From Acetobacterium sp. (lineage in GTDB: Bacteria; Bacillota; Clostridia; Eubacteriales; Eubacteriaceae): DNA of 64,000 bases. Position numbers and translations under genes: made by a program. Positions 10,213 to 20,165 of this stretch are shown one piece after another (positions within the stretch are counted from its first letter, which is position 1; each line of letters opens with the position of its first letter). The notes below the pieces were generated by a model. It was not told the origin of the DNA and did not search any database. It worked only from the letters and a program-made list of their open reading frames with translations. Where the stretch lies: NCBI RefSeq assembly GCF_041752335.1, contig NZ_JBGSHG010000006.1, positions 5,737 through 69,736 of the forward strand. The letters are read 5' to 3'.

Positions 10213-12919
10213 GAATTTAGTCAACCTAAATGTTAATCCCTGTAAAATGTGCATGCCGATGGGAACCGCCAATGCCTTCTACGGCATTCAAAAATGTATG
10301 AACATCCTCCATGGTTCCCAGGGCTGCAGCACCTATATCCGCCGCCATATGGCCACCCATTACAACGAGCCGGTGGACATCGCCTCCTCTTCCCTCACCG
10401 AAGAAGGCACCGTCTACGGCGGCGAGAAAAACCTGATCATCGGTCTGGAAAATCTGATCAAATTATATCAACCGGAGGTCATTGGGGTTTCGACCACCTG
10501 TCTGGCGGAAACCATTGGCGAAGATATTGAGTTTATTATTAAAAATTTTTACGCTTCTCACCCTGATGAAAAGGTGACAATTATCCCGGTCAAATCCGCT
10601 GGTTACGGCGGCACCCAATTTGAAGGGTTTACCCGGGCACTCCGGGCGATTGTCTCCCATGTCGAGATGGATCCCACCAAACATGATAAGATCAATATCA
10701 TCACGACCATGGTTTCCCCGGCGGATACCCGTTATTTAAAAGATCTGCTGGATCAGTTTGGTCTGGAGTATATCCTTTTGCCGGATCTTTCCGAAAACCT
10801 TGACGGTGTCCACCAGAGCAGTTACTATCGGCTGCCGATGCACGGCACCCCCATTTCTGAAATCCAGAAAATGGCCGGAGCCCGGGCTACCATCGAAATA
10901 TCCGACACCATTAAGCCTGACGAATCCCCAGGTATTTACCTCTACGAAAACTATGGGGTTCCCTATAAACGGCTCAACCTGCCGATGGGACTGCGGGATA
11001 CTGATGCTTTAATGGAGCTTTTGTCTGAATTGTCGAAAAAACCCATTCCTGAAAAAATCACCAAGGAACGAGGGCGCTATCTCGATGGCATGGTGGACTC
11101 CCATAAATACAATGCCTTGGGACGCATTGCCATCTTCGGCGAACCGGATTTTGTCGTTTCGGCGGTCCGGCTCTGTTGTGAAAATGGTGTGATGCCGGTA
11201 ATCGCTGCTACTGGTTCCAATTGTCCTCAGCTCAAAGAAAAAATCGAGGCTGAGCTTTCCAAACTGGCCGATGTGCTTTTTGTTGACAACTACGTAATCT
11301 TAAATGATGTCGACTTTGAAACCATTGAAGAAGAAGCGCTGCGACTCGGTGCCAACCTGATGTTGGGAAATTCCGACGGCCGCCGGATTGAAGAAAAACA
11401 CGGGATTCCCTTGATCCGCTGCGCCTTCCCGATCCATGACCGCATCGGCGGCCAGCGGGTTCGGACGTTGGGCTACGAAGGCTCCCAGGTACTCCTGGAC
11501 CAGATTACCAACACCATTCTTAAAGCAGTAGAAGGCGGGTTCCGGGAAACCCTCTATAACACCTATTATAATGAAGGGCCCAAATCCAAATACGGATTAG
11601 AGCCGGATACGGAGGCAAAAATGAAAGTGCTGGAAAACAACAAAACAACTGACCCACTGACCCCGCAGGCGCAGACCATTGAAGAAAAAACCGCCAATCA
11701 TCCCTGCTATAGCTGTGGTGCCTCCCAGAAAAACGCCCGGATGCACCTCCCCATCGCCCCTAAATGCAATATTCAGTGTAATTACTGTGTCCGTAAATTT
11801 GATTGCCCCAATGAAAGCCGTCCCGGCGTGACCACCGAAATTCTTTCCCCCGAGGCTGCTTTTGAAAAATACAAACGGGTTAAAGAAAAGGTGCCCAACC
11901 TCACCGTCGTCGGGATTGCCGGCCCCGGCGATGCTCTGGCAAACTTTGACGAAACCCGAAAAGCCCTGACCCTGATCCATGAACATGACCCCCATGTTAC
12001 CTTCTGCGTTTCCACCAATGGCTTAATGCTGCCCTACTATGCCAAAGAACTGGCCAAACTGGGTGTTTCCCATGTTACCGTCACGGTTAATGCGGTTGAT
12101 CCGGCCATCGGTGCCAAAATCTACAAACATGTGGATTTTATGGGGAACCGCTACCAAGGCGAAGCCGGTGCCTCAATTCTGTTGGCCAACCAGCTTTCAG
12201 GGATCAAGCTCCTGATCGATGAAGGGGTAATCGTCAAAATCAATACCGTCACCCTGATGGGAATCAATGATACGCACATCGAAGAAGTGGTCAAAACGGT
12301 AAAAGACATGGGCTGCTTTATCTCTAATGTGATGCCCCTGATTCCCGTGAAAGGCTCTGCCTTTGAAGGTCTGCAAATTGCCACCAACCACGAAATCAAT
12401 GCGATTCGCGATAAATGTGGGGTTCACTTAAAACAAATGTATCACTGCAAACAATGCCGGGCCGATGCCATCGGCAAACTTGACAGCGATATCTCCCTGG
12501 ATTTCCGGGAAAATGAAGCTAAAAGCGAAGCCATGGTTCTGACTGCGCCAAAGGGATTGCGCTTTGCGATCACCTCCAAAGGCGGGATGCTGGTGGATCA
12601 GCATTTCGGCCAGGCCTCTGAACTTTATATATATGATTACCTTGACGACGAGGTCCAGTTTAAAGAAAAACGGGTGATCGCCAAGTATTGCAGTGGCGCC
12701 GAAGAATGTGACGAAAAGGAAGATAAGATCGGTACCATCCTGAAAACCTTAAATGATTGCGACGGCGCCATCACGATGCGCATCGGCGACCTGCCTAGTA
12801 AACGGCTGGAAAGCAGGGGCATCAAGGTCTTCTCAACCTACGACCGGATTGAAGATGCCGTTAAAACGGCGGCCCAGGAAATGTTAAAGTCCGAACTGCG
12901 CACTGCCGGTAATTTCTAA
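10205..12919 (+). CDS. nifB: Fused NifN-NifB (with C-terminal NifX-like domain)
   Basis: N-terminal NifN (NPCKMCMPMG, HGSQGC), then HPCYS, CNIQCNYC, ESRPG, AGPGD, CKQCRADA, and DQHFGQA. Confidence 0.93.
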   Translation: MSKNLVNLNVNPCKMCMPMGTANAFYGIQKCMNILHGSQGCSTYIRRHMATHYNEPVDIASSSLTEEGTVYGGEKNLIIGLENLIKLYQPEVIGVSTTCLAETIGEDIEFIIKNFYASHPDEKVTIIPVKSAGYGGTQFEGFTRALRAIVSHVEMDPTKHDKINIITTMVSPADTRYLKDLLDQFGLEYILLPDLSENLDGVHQSSYYRLPMHGTPISEIQKMAGARATIEISDTIKPDESPGIYLYENYGVPYKRLNLPMGLRDTDALMELLSELSKKPIPEKITKERGRYLDGMVDSHKYNALGRIAIFGEPDFVVSAVRLCCENGVMPVIAATGSNCPQLKEKIEAELSKLADVLFVDNYVILNDVDFETIEEEALRLGANLMLGNSDGRRIEEKHGIPLIRCAFPIHDRIGGQRVRTLGYEGSQVLLDQITNTILKAVEGGFRETLYNTYYNEGPKSKYGLEPDTEAKMKVLENNKTTDPLTPQAQTIEEKTANHPCYSCGASQKNARMHLPIAPKCNIQCNYCVRKFDCPNESRPGVTTEILSPEAAFEKYKRVKEKVPNLTVVGIAGPGDALANFDETRKALTLIHEHDPHVTFCVSTNGLMLPYYAKELAKLGVSHVTVTVNAVDPAIGAKIYKHVDFMGNRYQGEAGASILLANQLSGIKLLIDEGVIVKINTVTLMGINDTHIEEVVKTVKDMGCFISNVMPLIPVKGSAFEGLQIATNHEINAIRDKCGVHLKQMYHCKQCRADAIGKLDSDISLDFRENEAKSEAMVLTAPKGLRFAITSKGGMLVDQHFGQASELYIYDYLDDEVQFKEKRVIAKYCSGAEECDEKEDKIGTILKTLNDCDGAITMRIGDLPSKRLESRGIKVFSTYDRIEDAVKTAAQEMLKSELRTAGNF

Positions 12920-12929
12920 CATTGCTCTA

Positions 12930-12954
12930 CCGTACCGACCAATTATTACATCAT
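12930..12954. repeat. Partial copy of intergenic inverted-repeat element
   Basis: CCGTACCGACCAATTATTACATCAT resembles the arms at 13359 and 15478. Confidence 0.7.
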
Positions 12955-12992
12955 TTAAAAACTATTTATAAACGATCAGGAGGAATTTAAAA

Positions 12993-13301
12993 ATGGTCAG
13001 TCCTAAACATCATATTTTTATCTGCACCAGCTGCCGGATCAACGGCACCCAACAGGGGTATTGTTTTCAACAGGATTCAGTGAAAATCCTGCAGACATTT
13101 CTTGAAGAAATCGACGAGCGGGAATTATCCGGCGACGTGATGTTAAACAACACCGGCTGTTTCGGCATCTGCGACAAGGGCCCCATCGTGGTCGTTTATC
13201 CCGAAGGCGTCTGGTATGGCAAGGTGACCGTGGACGATGTGGAACGGATAATGGACGAACACATCGAAGGCGGCAACGTGGTCGAAGACCTGGTTATTTA
13301 A
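12993..13301 (+). CDS. Thioredoxin-like [2Fe-2S] ferredoxin
   Basis: HIFICTSCR...YC...TGCFGICDKGPIVVVYPEGVWY. Confidence 0.92.
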   Translation: MVSPKHHIFICTSCRINGTQQGYCFQQDSVKILQTFLEEIDERELSGDVMLNNTGCFGICDKGPIVVVYPEGVWYGKVTVDDVERIMDEHIEGGNVVEDLVI

Positions 13302-13358
13302 CTCCTTACTTTGATAAGAATCAAGCTACTTTAACCCTCGGTACAGCGCACTGACGCA

Positions 13359-13581
13359 GTACCGACAATTGTTACATCATGTTGTGTGCCTCAAGGCGAA
13401 CAGTTGCTAACTAACTTATTTACTTATGATCAACTCTTATTGCAACTGTACGAATTGCGCGAAGGCAACGAGCCAATCACAAGCTTGCTTGTAGTTGGCG
13501 ACTGCCCGCGAACCAAAGAGAAAGAAGCGCAGCTGATTTCTCGTGGTGTGCGCATACAACAGATTAACAATTGGTCGGTAC
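13359..13581. repeat. Structured intergenic element with long imperfect terminal inverted repeats (MITE/REP-like), copy 1
   Basis: Left arm GTACCGACAATTGTTACATCATGTTGT, right arm ACAACAGATTAACAATTGGTCGGTAC; internal hairpins. Confidence 0.8.
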
Positions 13582-13634
13582 GGGATATCACGGCCAAACT
13601 TTTAAATTAAAACAAACGAAAGCGGGGTACACAA

Positions 13635-14618
13635 ATGGTTACTATTATCGATCGAACCTTGACAACCTTTAATACATCCGGGATGACCGCCCGGGATCTC
13701 AACCATTTCTGTAACCTGCTTTTTACCTGTGGGATCACAAAAATCGAATTGACCCCGGACCTGGTTGACCGGCTAAGTTTTCCGGCCACTGCTGCCGTTT
13801 TGAAACAATGGCTGGGGGGACGACGTTTTTTTCTGACCCAGATTTATCCCGATCCGCTCGCTTCAGATCGCCCGGGACCGAAAGAATCGAAACCACTCTG
13901 GAGACTTGAACCCAATGAGCTGGTGGAAAAAAACATCCCCGTCACCAAATTAAATCCCCGGTACCATCAAAAAATCCGGATCACCGGGCTGGAAGACCTG
14001 ATGACCCGGGACTATCCGGCAGTTTTTGCCGCTCTGCTGGACAGCGGTGTTGACACCCTGGACCTATGCCCCGACAACCAGATGCATTGCGCCACCGCCA
14101 TCGCCCTGGAATGGCTATTGGCCGGCGGACAGAGTATCAGTTGCGGTTTTGCCAACCACCATAATTTCCCACCGCTGGAAGAAGTGCTGATGGGGCTGAA
14201 ACTAAGCCAACCTGATTTGTTTACCGGTGACTTATCGGTTTTAGGTGAGCTGCGTGACCTTTATGAAAAGCTGGCCGGCCAGCCGGTGGGTAAAATGAAG
14301 GCCATCATCGGAACCGATATTTTCAAGGTCGAATCCGGCATTCATGTCGATGGGGTATTAAAAAACCCCCACACCTATGAACCCTTTAATCCGCAAACTG
14401 TTGGCAACCAACGGGAGATTGTGCTGGGAAAACACTCCGGTCGGCAAAGCCTGTTGTATAAGCTAAACGATTCTGATTTATCCGAATCGGCGACTCATAC
14501 TATTTTAAAACGCATTAAATCCCGCTGTACCCAGTTAGGCCGAAACCTGTCTGATCGGGAACTGCGAACCCTTGCCAGCGAGGTGCAAAATGACAAACAA
14601 AAAAAAGTATATTGTTGA
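13635..14618 (+). CDS. nifV: Homocitrate synthase omega subunit
   Basis: Degenerate N-terminus; C-terminal ESGIHVDG...YEPFNP..VG...IVLGKHSG of homocitrate synthase. Confidence 0.8.
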   Translation: MVTIIDRTLTTFNTSGMTARDLNHFCNLLFTCGITKIELTPDLVDRLSFPATAAVLKQWLGGRRFFLTQIYPDPLASDRPGPKESKPLWRLEPNELVEKNIPVTKLNPRYHQKIRITGLEDLMTRDYPAVFAALLDSGVDTLDLCPDNQMHCATAIALEWLLAGGQSISCGFANHHNFPPLEEVLMGLKLSQPDLFTGDLSVLGELRDLYEKLAGQPVGKMKAIIGTDIFKVESGIHVDGVLKNPHTYEPFNPQTVGNQREIVLGKHSGRQSLLYKLNDSDLSESATHTILKRIKSRCTQLGRNLSDRELRTLASEVQNDKQKKVYC

Positions 14619-15405
14619 TACGACCTTAAGAGATGGCGAACAAAGCCCGGGGATGGCCTTTTCCGTCCGGGAAAAAGTCACCATCGCGAAATCTCTGGAC
14701 GCCCTGGGGGTCAGCCGGATCGAAGCCGGAACCCCGGCCATGGGCAGAGAAGAATGCCGGGCCTTTGAAAAAATCAAGCTGGCCTGTCAGAAGGCGCAGA
14801 TTATTGGCTGGAACCGGATGAATCTCTCAGATATCAGCCAGTCCATCGGCTGCGGCGCCGACATTATCCATGTTTGTGTCCCGGCTTCGGATCTGCTGAT
14901 TCGCGAGAAGCTGCGCACCAGCCGGTCCCAGGTATTGGAAAAACTGAGCGCCTGCGCCGCGGCCATCCACGCCGAAAAACGAGAACTGACCATCGGTTTG
15001 GAGGACGCTTCCCGGGCCGACTGGGATTTCGTCGTTTTACTGATTGAAACCGCCCGGGACCTGGGGGCCACCACCCTGCGTTTTTCAGATACCGTGGGGA
15101 TTATGTCGCCCAGCCTCTGCAAGGCCACGATCAGCCGGATTCCTGACAACATCGACATTGAGGTGCACATGCACAACGATCTGGGCATGGCCGTGGCCAA
15201 TTCCATTCAGGGACTCCGCTCCGGCGCCAAATATGCCGATTCCACCCTCTTCGGCATCGGCGAACGGGCCGGCAACTGCAACCTCGAACATCTCCTGATC
15301 GCCACCCAGGGTCAACTGGACTTCGGTATCAGCCTGGACGAACTCCAGTGGCGGCAAGCTGATTTAAAATCGATCATTTATAAAAACAAACTGGTGTATG
15401 CCTGA
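14590..15405 (+). CDS. nifV: Homocitrate synthase alpha subunit
   Basis: DTTLRDGEQ, EDASRAD, HMHNDLGMAVAN, GIGERAGN; lacks the C-terminal domain. Confidence 0.85.
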   Translation: MTNKKKYIVDTTLRDGEQSPGMAFSVREKVTIAKSLDALGVSRIEAGTPAMGREECRAFEKIKLACQKAQIIGWNRMNLSDISQSIGCGADIIHVCVPASDLLIREKLRTSRSQVLEKLSACAAAIHAEKRELTIGLEDASRADWDFVVLLIETARDLGATTLRFSDTVGIMSPSLCKATISRIPDNIDIEVHMHNDLGMAVANSIQGLRSGAKYADSTLFGIGERAGNCNLEHLLIATQGQLDFGISLDELQWRQADLKSIIYKNKLVYA

Positions 15406-15477
15406 TCGGCCCTGATTTCAGACATAAAAAAAGCACCTGCTGCGTTAGCAGTGAGGGCTTGTCATAATGCTAACCCA

Positions 15478-15577
15478 GTACCGACAATTGTTACATCATG
15501 TTGTACGCATCGGGGCGAACAGATTGATAAAGCTGTTCGCTCCCGCAGCGAACAACAGATTAACAATTGATCGGTAC
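15478..15577. repeat. Structured intergenic inverted-repeat element, copy 2
   Basis: Same left arm as 13359; right arm ACAACAGATTAACAATTGATCGGTAC; internal GCGAACAG/CTGTTCGC hairpin. Confidence 0.8.
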
Positions 15578-15640
15578 GGTAGGGTATCACCAACCTCACT
15601 TTCTGTTGCTGTTCCAGGTGCTTCTTAGGTCCTATAATAA

Positions 15641-15916
15641 TTACACTTCACCAAAGCCGCTGCCGATCAGCGCTACCAGGGTTTCCACCGCCAGCATTTC
15701 ATCCTCGCCTTCGGCGAAAATTTCCACCACATCGCCCTGGCTAATCGCCGTTGCCATAATACTCAGCAGCGATTTGGCTTCGCCCTCTTTGGGATCGTTC
15801 CCTAACTTCTTGATTCTGATATTAGCTCTGAATTCTCCGGCCTTCTGACAAAACGTCGCCGCCGGTCGTGCGTGTAAACCGGTGGGATTAATAATGGTAA
15901 CTGTTTTTGAGTGCAT
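15641..15916 (-). CDS. ptsH: HPr family phosphocarrier protein
   Basis: GLHARPA (His15 motif), AKSLLSIM (Ser46 motif). Confidence 0.85.
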   Translation of the reverse strand: MHSKTVTIINPTGLHARPAATFCQKAGEFRANIRIKKLGNDPKEGEAKSLLSIMATAISQGDVVEIFAEGEDEMLAVETLVALIGSGFGEV

Positions 15917-16035
15917 CGTCCTACCTGTTAATGAATCTTTCATTCCTTTCAGTTTATTTTTGCTTCTTTTTGGTCATATTCTTGTGATGATCCTTGTTCT
16001 TATTATCTTCCCCAATTTTTATAAAATAAACAATC

Positions 16036-16830
16036 TTATAAATAGCTCGTCATTTCTTTCAGCGAGTCAAAAACACAATCCGGAACCACCTCCGTATTTT
16101 TCAGGTCCCCCAGCTTGGTCTCCCCAGTCAGTACTAGAAAGCCCTTGCCGCCGTTATTGACGCCGGTGGCCACATCAGTGTAGATCCGGTCCCCGACAAA
16201 GGCTACATCCTCTTTTCTATGCCCGGTGATAGCCAGAATCATTTCCATGGTTTCGGGAAAGGGCTTGCCTAAATATTTGGGTTCCACCCCGGTAGATTTG
16301 GTAATCAGAGCGCAGATTGAACCGCAATCGGGAATAAAACCAGTTTCGGTAGGACAGACCAAATCCAGATGGGTGGACAAAAAGACCGCACCATTTAAGA
16401 TAAAGGTGCACATTTTTTCGAGCTTTTGGTAGGTCAGGGTCGTATCAAAGCTGGCCACCGCCACATCTGGCTGCTCCTGAACCAGGTTGATGCCGTGTTG
16501 TCGAAAACTTTCCTCCAGCAGCGGGGTGCCCATCAGATAGACGGATTGTCCGGGATAGTAGGTTTTTAAATATTTTATGGTCACATCCCCGGAGGTGATG
16601 ATCCGGTCTGCTTCCACAAAACAACCCATTTTTTTTAGCTTTTCCTGATAAAAACTGGGCACCCGGGATGAATTGTTGGTGATGAAAATAAAATCTTTTT
16701 GCCGGGCTCGCAGTTCATCGATAAAGTCCAGGGCCCCGTCGATTAAGCCATTGCCCAGATAAACCGTGCCGTCCATATCCAGGGCAAATAGTTTAACATC
16801 TTTTAATGCTTCTTTTTTTGGCATGATCAT
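16036..16830 (-). CDS. HAD-IIA family phosphatase (NagD-like)
   Basis: DMDGT, TNNS, GKP, VGDRIYTD. Confidence 0.9.
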   Translation of the reverse strand: MIMPKKEALKDVKLFALDMDGTVYLGNGLIDGALDFIDELRARQKDFIFITNNSSRVPSFYQEKLKKMGCFVEADRIITSGDVTIKYLKTYYPGQSVYLMGTPLLEESFRQHGINLVQEQPDVAVASFDTTLTYQKLEKMCTFILNGAVFLSTHLDLVCPTETGFIPDCGSICALITKSTGVEPKYLGKPFPETMEMILAITGHRKEDVAFVGDRIYTDVATGVNNGGKGFLVLTGETKLGDLKNTEVVPDCVFDSLKEMTSYL

Positions 16831-17843
16831 TTTCCGTTAATCCTCTCGGTTTCTGCATCGATCATCCCATTCTTGGCTGTCAGTTCTGCATCTTCATCCA
16901 GCTCCAGCAGTTTTTTTCCGCATTCCACATCGGTAACCAGCACATTAATAAACCCCCCTGTGATGGCACCCTGGATGGCCTGAGCTTTTTCGGGACCGCT
17001 GGCCACCCCAATCGAATGGGGAACCCGCCGGAGTTTTTTAATGTCAACCCCAATCACCCAGTTATCAGCCTCAAAGGCTTCGGTGCTGCCATTGATATCA
17101 AAAAACTGCATGCAGACATCGCCCACCACATTTTTCTGGCGCATCGTTTCCATATCCTTTTCATCATAATAACCGGTGGCCATAATCGCTGAGCCCCGAT
17201 TGGGCACTCCGATCCCCACCACCGCCACATCCAAACCGTCACCCATTTTAATGATCCGCCGGATATCCGGCTCCTTCATCAATTCCTCTTTGATCTTGAC
17301 CCCGGACACCCGGGCCGGTGCATGGAGCAGATAGGAAACACCGCCAAAAGACTTGGCCAGGGCTTCCACAATGGTATTGGAATGCAACTCCATACCCAGA
17401 TGTCCGATTCCGCCGATAAGCGGAATAAAGGTCACCCGCTTTGAGGCACCCTTGGATACAAAACGGTAGATCTGACCAATGGACGAACCCATGGAAACCC
17501 CGATAATGGTATCATCTTTGATCAACCGCTCCAGATAGTTGGCCGTAGCCCTGGCCAGCTCATCCTTCTGATCACGGTTATCCTGTTTCATATCGACGAT
17601 AAAGACTTCTTTTAAACCATAGCGGTTCTCCAATTTTTTTTCCAGATCCACATAATTGTTGCCAAAAATTGGATCGATAATTATTTTGACAATGCCCCGC
17701 TCCCTGGCGTTCTGAAGAATCCGGGACACCGTCGGCCGGGACAGACCCAACTCCTTTGCAATCAGCTTTTGATTAATCTCCTGATTATAGTACATCTCAC
17801 AGATTTTCACCATCAGACGCTCATCATCCACTACTTTTTTCAT
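16827..17843 (-). CDS. SorC/DeoR-type sugar-binding transcriptional regulator
   Basis: N-terminal HTH (YYNQEINQKLIAKELGLSRPTVSR) and sugar-binding domain ending VLVTD. Confidence 0.9.
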   Translation of the reverse strand: MKKVVDDERLMVKICEMYYNQEINQKLIAKELGLSRPTVSRILQNARERGIVKIIIDPIFGNNYVDLEKKLENRYGLKEVFIVDMKQDNRDQKDELARATANYLERLIKDDTIIGVSMGSSIGQIYRFVSKGASKRVTFIPLIGGIGHLGMELHSNTIVEALAKSFGGVSYLLHAPARVSGVKIKEELMKEPDIRRIIKMGDGLDVAVVGIGVPNRGSAIMATGYYDEKDMETMRQKNVVGDVCMQFFDINGSTEAFEADNWVIGVDIKKLRRVPHSIGVASGPEKAQAIQGAITGGFINVLVTDVECGKKLLELDEDAELTAKNGMIDAETERINGK

Positions 17844-18017
17844 CTGCTACCTCCCTGTTTCTGCCTTATTAGGCGTTCGCGCAACGATCTAGAGCGTTCG
17901 TGGCCTTAATACTTTGCTTTTTATGCATTTCTGAAATTTTGTAATTTATTGTATTAATTATATGTTTTTTGATGAAAATGTCAATCACCTCGTTGCATTT
18001 TGTAAAAAAGGTCAACT

Positions 18018-18066
18018 AAAACAGCCACTTATATTTACATGCGTAAATATAAGTGGCTGTTTTTTT
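18018..18066. terminator. Strong hairpin downstream of glnK1
   Basis: AAAACAGCCACTTATATTTAC-ATGC-GTAAATATAAGTGGCTGTTTT perfect inverted repeat. Confidence 0.7.
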
Positions 18067-18086
18067 ACTAGTGAAAACCGCATTTT

Positions 18087-18425
18087 TTATAATGCCACAT
18101 CTCCTCTTTCGCCGGTTCGAATCCGGATACATTCTTCCACTGGTTTGATGAAAATTTTGCCATCACCAATTTCACCAGTTCGGACCACATTCATAATCAA
18201 TTGGATGATTTCTTCCACCTTATCATCGGCTACCACAATTTTAATCTCGATCTTGGGAATCATATTCATCATCACCGTGGTGCCCCGGTTATGAGCCACC
18301 CAACCGTACTGATTGCCACATCCCAACACCTGGCGGATATTCATTCCGTTGACCTTTGCCGCCAAAAATGCGTCCTTCAACGGTTCCAATTTTTCCGGAC
18401 GGATAATCGCTTCGATCTGTTTCAT
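18087..18425 (-). CDS. glnK: P-II nitrogen regulator (copy 1)
   Basis: AIIRPEKL, TGEIGDGKIF, IRIRTGE; downstream of amtB. Confidence 0.92.
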   Translation of the reverse strand: MKQIEAIIRPEKLEPLKDAFLAAKVNGMNIRQVLGCGNQYGWVAHNRGTTVMMNMIPKIEIKIVVADDKVEEIIQLIMNVVRTGEIGDGKIFIKPVEECIRIRTGERGDVAL

Positions 18426-18555
18426 AGCATTTTCCTTTCTTACTTAAAATAACCGGCCATTGGCAATTTCCAACTACCGGAACAATGATTGTTTTACTTT
18501 CATTTTCCCTAATATCCGGTGCTGACTTCCACTTTGTATTTTAGTCGATAAACTG

Positions 18556-19809
18556 CTATTGGTCAATTCCGGAAAATGCCGGATAAGCTTCTTCACTGTG
18601 TTCACTAATATCAAGACCCAACGCTTCAGCTTCAGGGGCAACCCGAATAGCCATAACCTTCTTGAGGATCAGCATAATCGCCGCAGTCATCGTGCCCGAA
18701 TAAATCACCGCAATCAACAGCGCTATAATCTGAGCCACAAATAGCTGGGTATCACCAAAGAACAATCCATTCCATTGGGCTACCGGATTGATCGCCGTCT
18801 GGGCAAACAGTCCGGTGGCAATAACTCCCCAGATCCCGCTGATGCCATGACAGCCAAAGGCATCCAAGGTATCATCATAGCCAAACCGCACCTTTACCTT
18901 TGTTAAAAAGAAGAAACAGATCGGGCTCACTACGCCGCCGATAAACAAGGCCGCTTCGGTTGGCACAAAACCAGCCCCGGGAGTAATCGAAACCAGACCG
19001 ACAATTGATCCGGTGATGGCACCCATGACGGTAACTTTTTTATAAGCCACCATTTCTACCAGCATCCAGGTTAACATTGCCGCCGCCGAAGCCAGTAAGG
19101 TAGTCACAACTGCATGCACAGCCAATCCGTTGGCAGCAAGGGCTGAACCCCCATTAAAGGCAAACCAGCCCACCCATAAAATCGCCCCGCCGATAACAAA
19201 CAGCGGAATATTATGGGGATGATAGGACTTGATGCCGTAACCTTTTCGGGAACCCAGAATAATACAAGCCACCAGACCCGAAATCCCCGAGCTGACTTCG
19301 ATGACCAATCCCCCGGCAAAATCCACTGCGCCCAGGCCAGCAATCAGACCACCCTGACCCCAGACCATATGAGCCATCGGATAATAGACCAGCAGCATCC
19401 AGAAGGTTACAAAAATAAATAGCGCTGAAAACCCCATTCTTCCCGACAGTGAACCCACCACAATGGCCGGGGTGACCATGCAGAACACCAGTTGAAAAAT
19501 AGCAAACAGCTGACCGGGAATATTACTGGCATAGGGTCCTGGTTCAGAAGCACTGATACCCCTAAAAAAGACGTTGCTAAAATCACCGATAAAGCCGAAT
19601 CCGCCCAGATCCGGGCCAAAGGCTATCGAATACCCCACTACATACCACATTACTGTGGCCAAACCACAGCAAAACACCACCGACATGATCGTGTTAAGGG
19701 CATTTTTTCGCCGCACCATGCCAGCATAGAATAATGCCAGCCCTGGGGTCATAAAAAATACCAGCATTGTACAAATCAGAATAAATGCCACATCTCCAGA
19801 ATTAATCAT
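18556..19809 (-). CDS. amtB: Ammonium transporter (copy 1, Glu-His variant)
   Basis: MTPGLALFY, DFAGGLVIE, GWFAFNGGS, DDTLDAFGCHG. Confidence 0.95.
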   Translation of the reverse strand: MINSGDVAFILICTMLVFFMTPGLALFYAGMVRRKNALNTIMSVVFCCGLATVMWYVVGYSIAFGPDLGGFGFIGDFSNVFFRGISASEPGPYASNIPGQLFAIFQLVFCMVTPAIVVGSLSGRMGFSALFIFVTFWMLLVYYPMAHMVWGQGGLIAGLGAVDFAGGLVIEVSSGISGLVACIILGSRKGYGIKSYHPHNIPLFVIGGAILWVGWFAFNGGSALAANGLAVHAVVTTLLASAAAMLTWMLVEMVAYKKVTVMGAITGSIVGLVSITPGAGFVPTEAALFIGGVVSPICFFFLTKVKVRFGYDDTLDAFGCHGISGIWGVIATGLFAQTAINPVAQWNGLFFGDTQLFVAQIIALLIAVIYSGTMTAAIMLILKKVMAIRVAPEAEALGLDISEHSEEAYPAFSGIDQ

Positions 19810-19920
19810 AATTTCCTCCGTAATTCTCTGTTTTCGTTATTTATGCCAATCACTGAAAACGGTCCAATGATTATCAGATCAACCCACTTTAAAACCAACC
19901 CTTAACAGGCTGGCCGCTAC

Positions 19921-20076
19921 ACTTATCACCTTTGATAAGTTGGTTCAATTAGCTAATTACAAATCAGTAATTGCAGACGCTCAACGCAAAAAAAGACGAC
20001 AACAAAAAAAATGTTATCGCCTTTGATACTCTAAATGACATACCCGGTTCATTTTTTCGTCGACTCTCCTCATTGA
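19921..20076 (-). promoter_or_regulatory. ANTAR-type hairpins and attenuator in amtB1 leader
   Basis: Minus strand: TC-AATGAG-GA, TATC-AAAGGC-GATA overlapping a terminator (19988-20021), ACTTATC-AAAGGT-GATAAGT. Confidence 0.65.
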
Positions 20077-20165
20077 CAATCGACTGAACCTTTTCGCTAT
20101 TATTTAAGGTTGATTATAATATTTAATTTAATTTTTGCCGACTCATCGCTGACTCAGCAAGTCGA

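Noticed and set aside
13386-13610. 74-aa ORF between ferredoxin and nifV-omega
   Set aside because: Lies within the structured repeat element, has no RBS and no recognisable motif
10205-15405. nifN-nifB fusion and split nifV as novelties
   Set aside because: Both are established features of clostridial nif clusters
13359-15577. Repeat arms as a CRISPR array or composite transposon around nifV
   Set aside because: Arms are inverted pairs with irregular spacing; no cas or transposase genes and no target duplication seen
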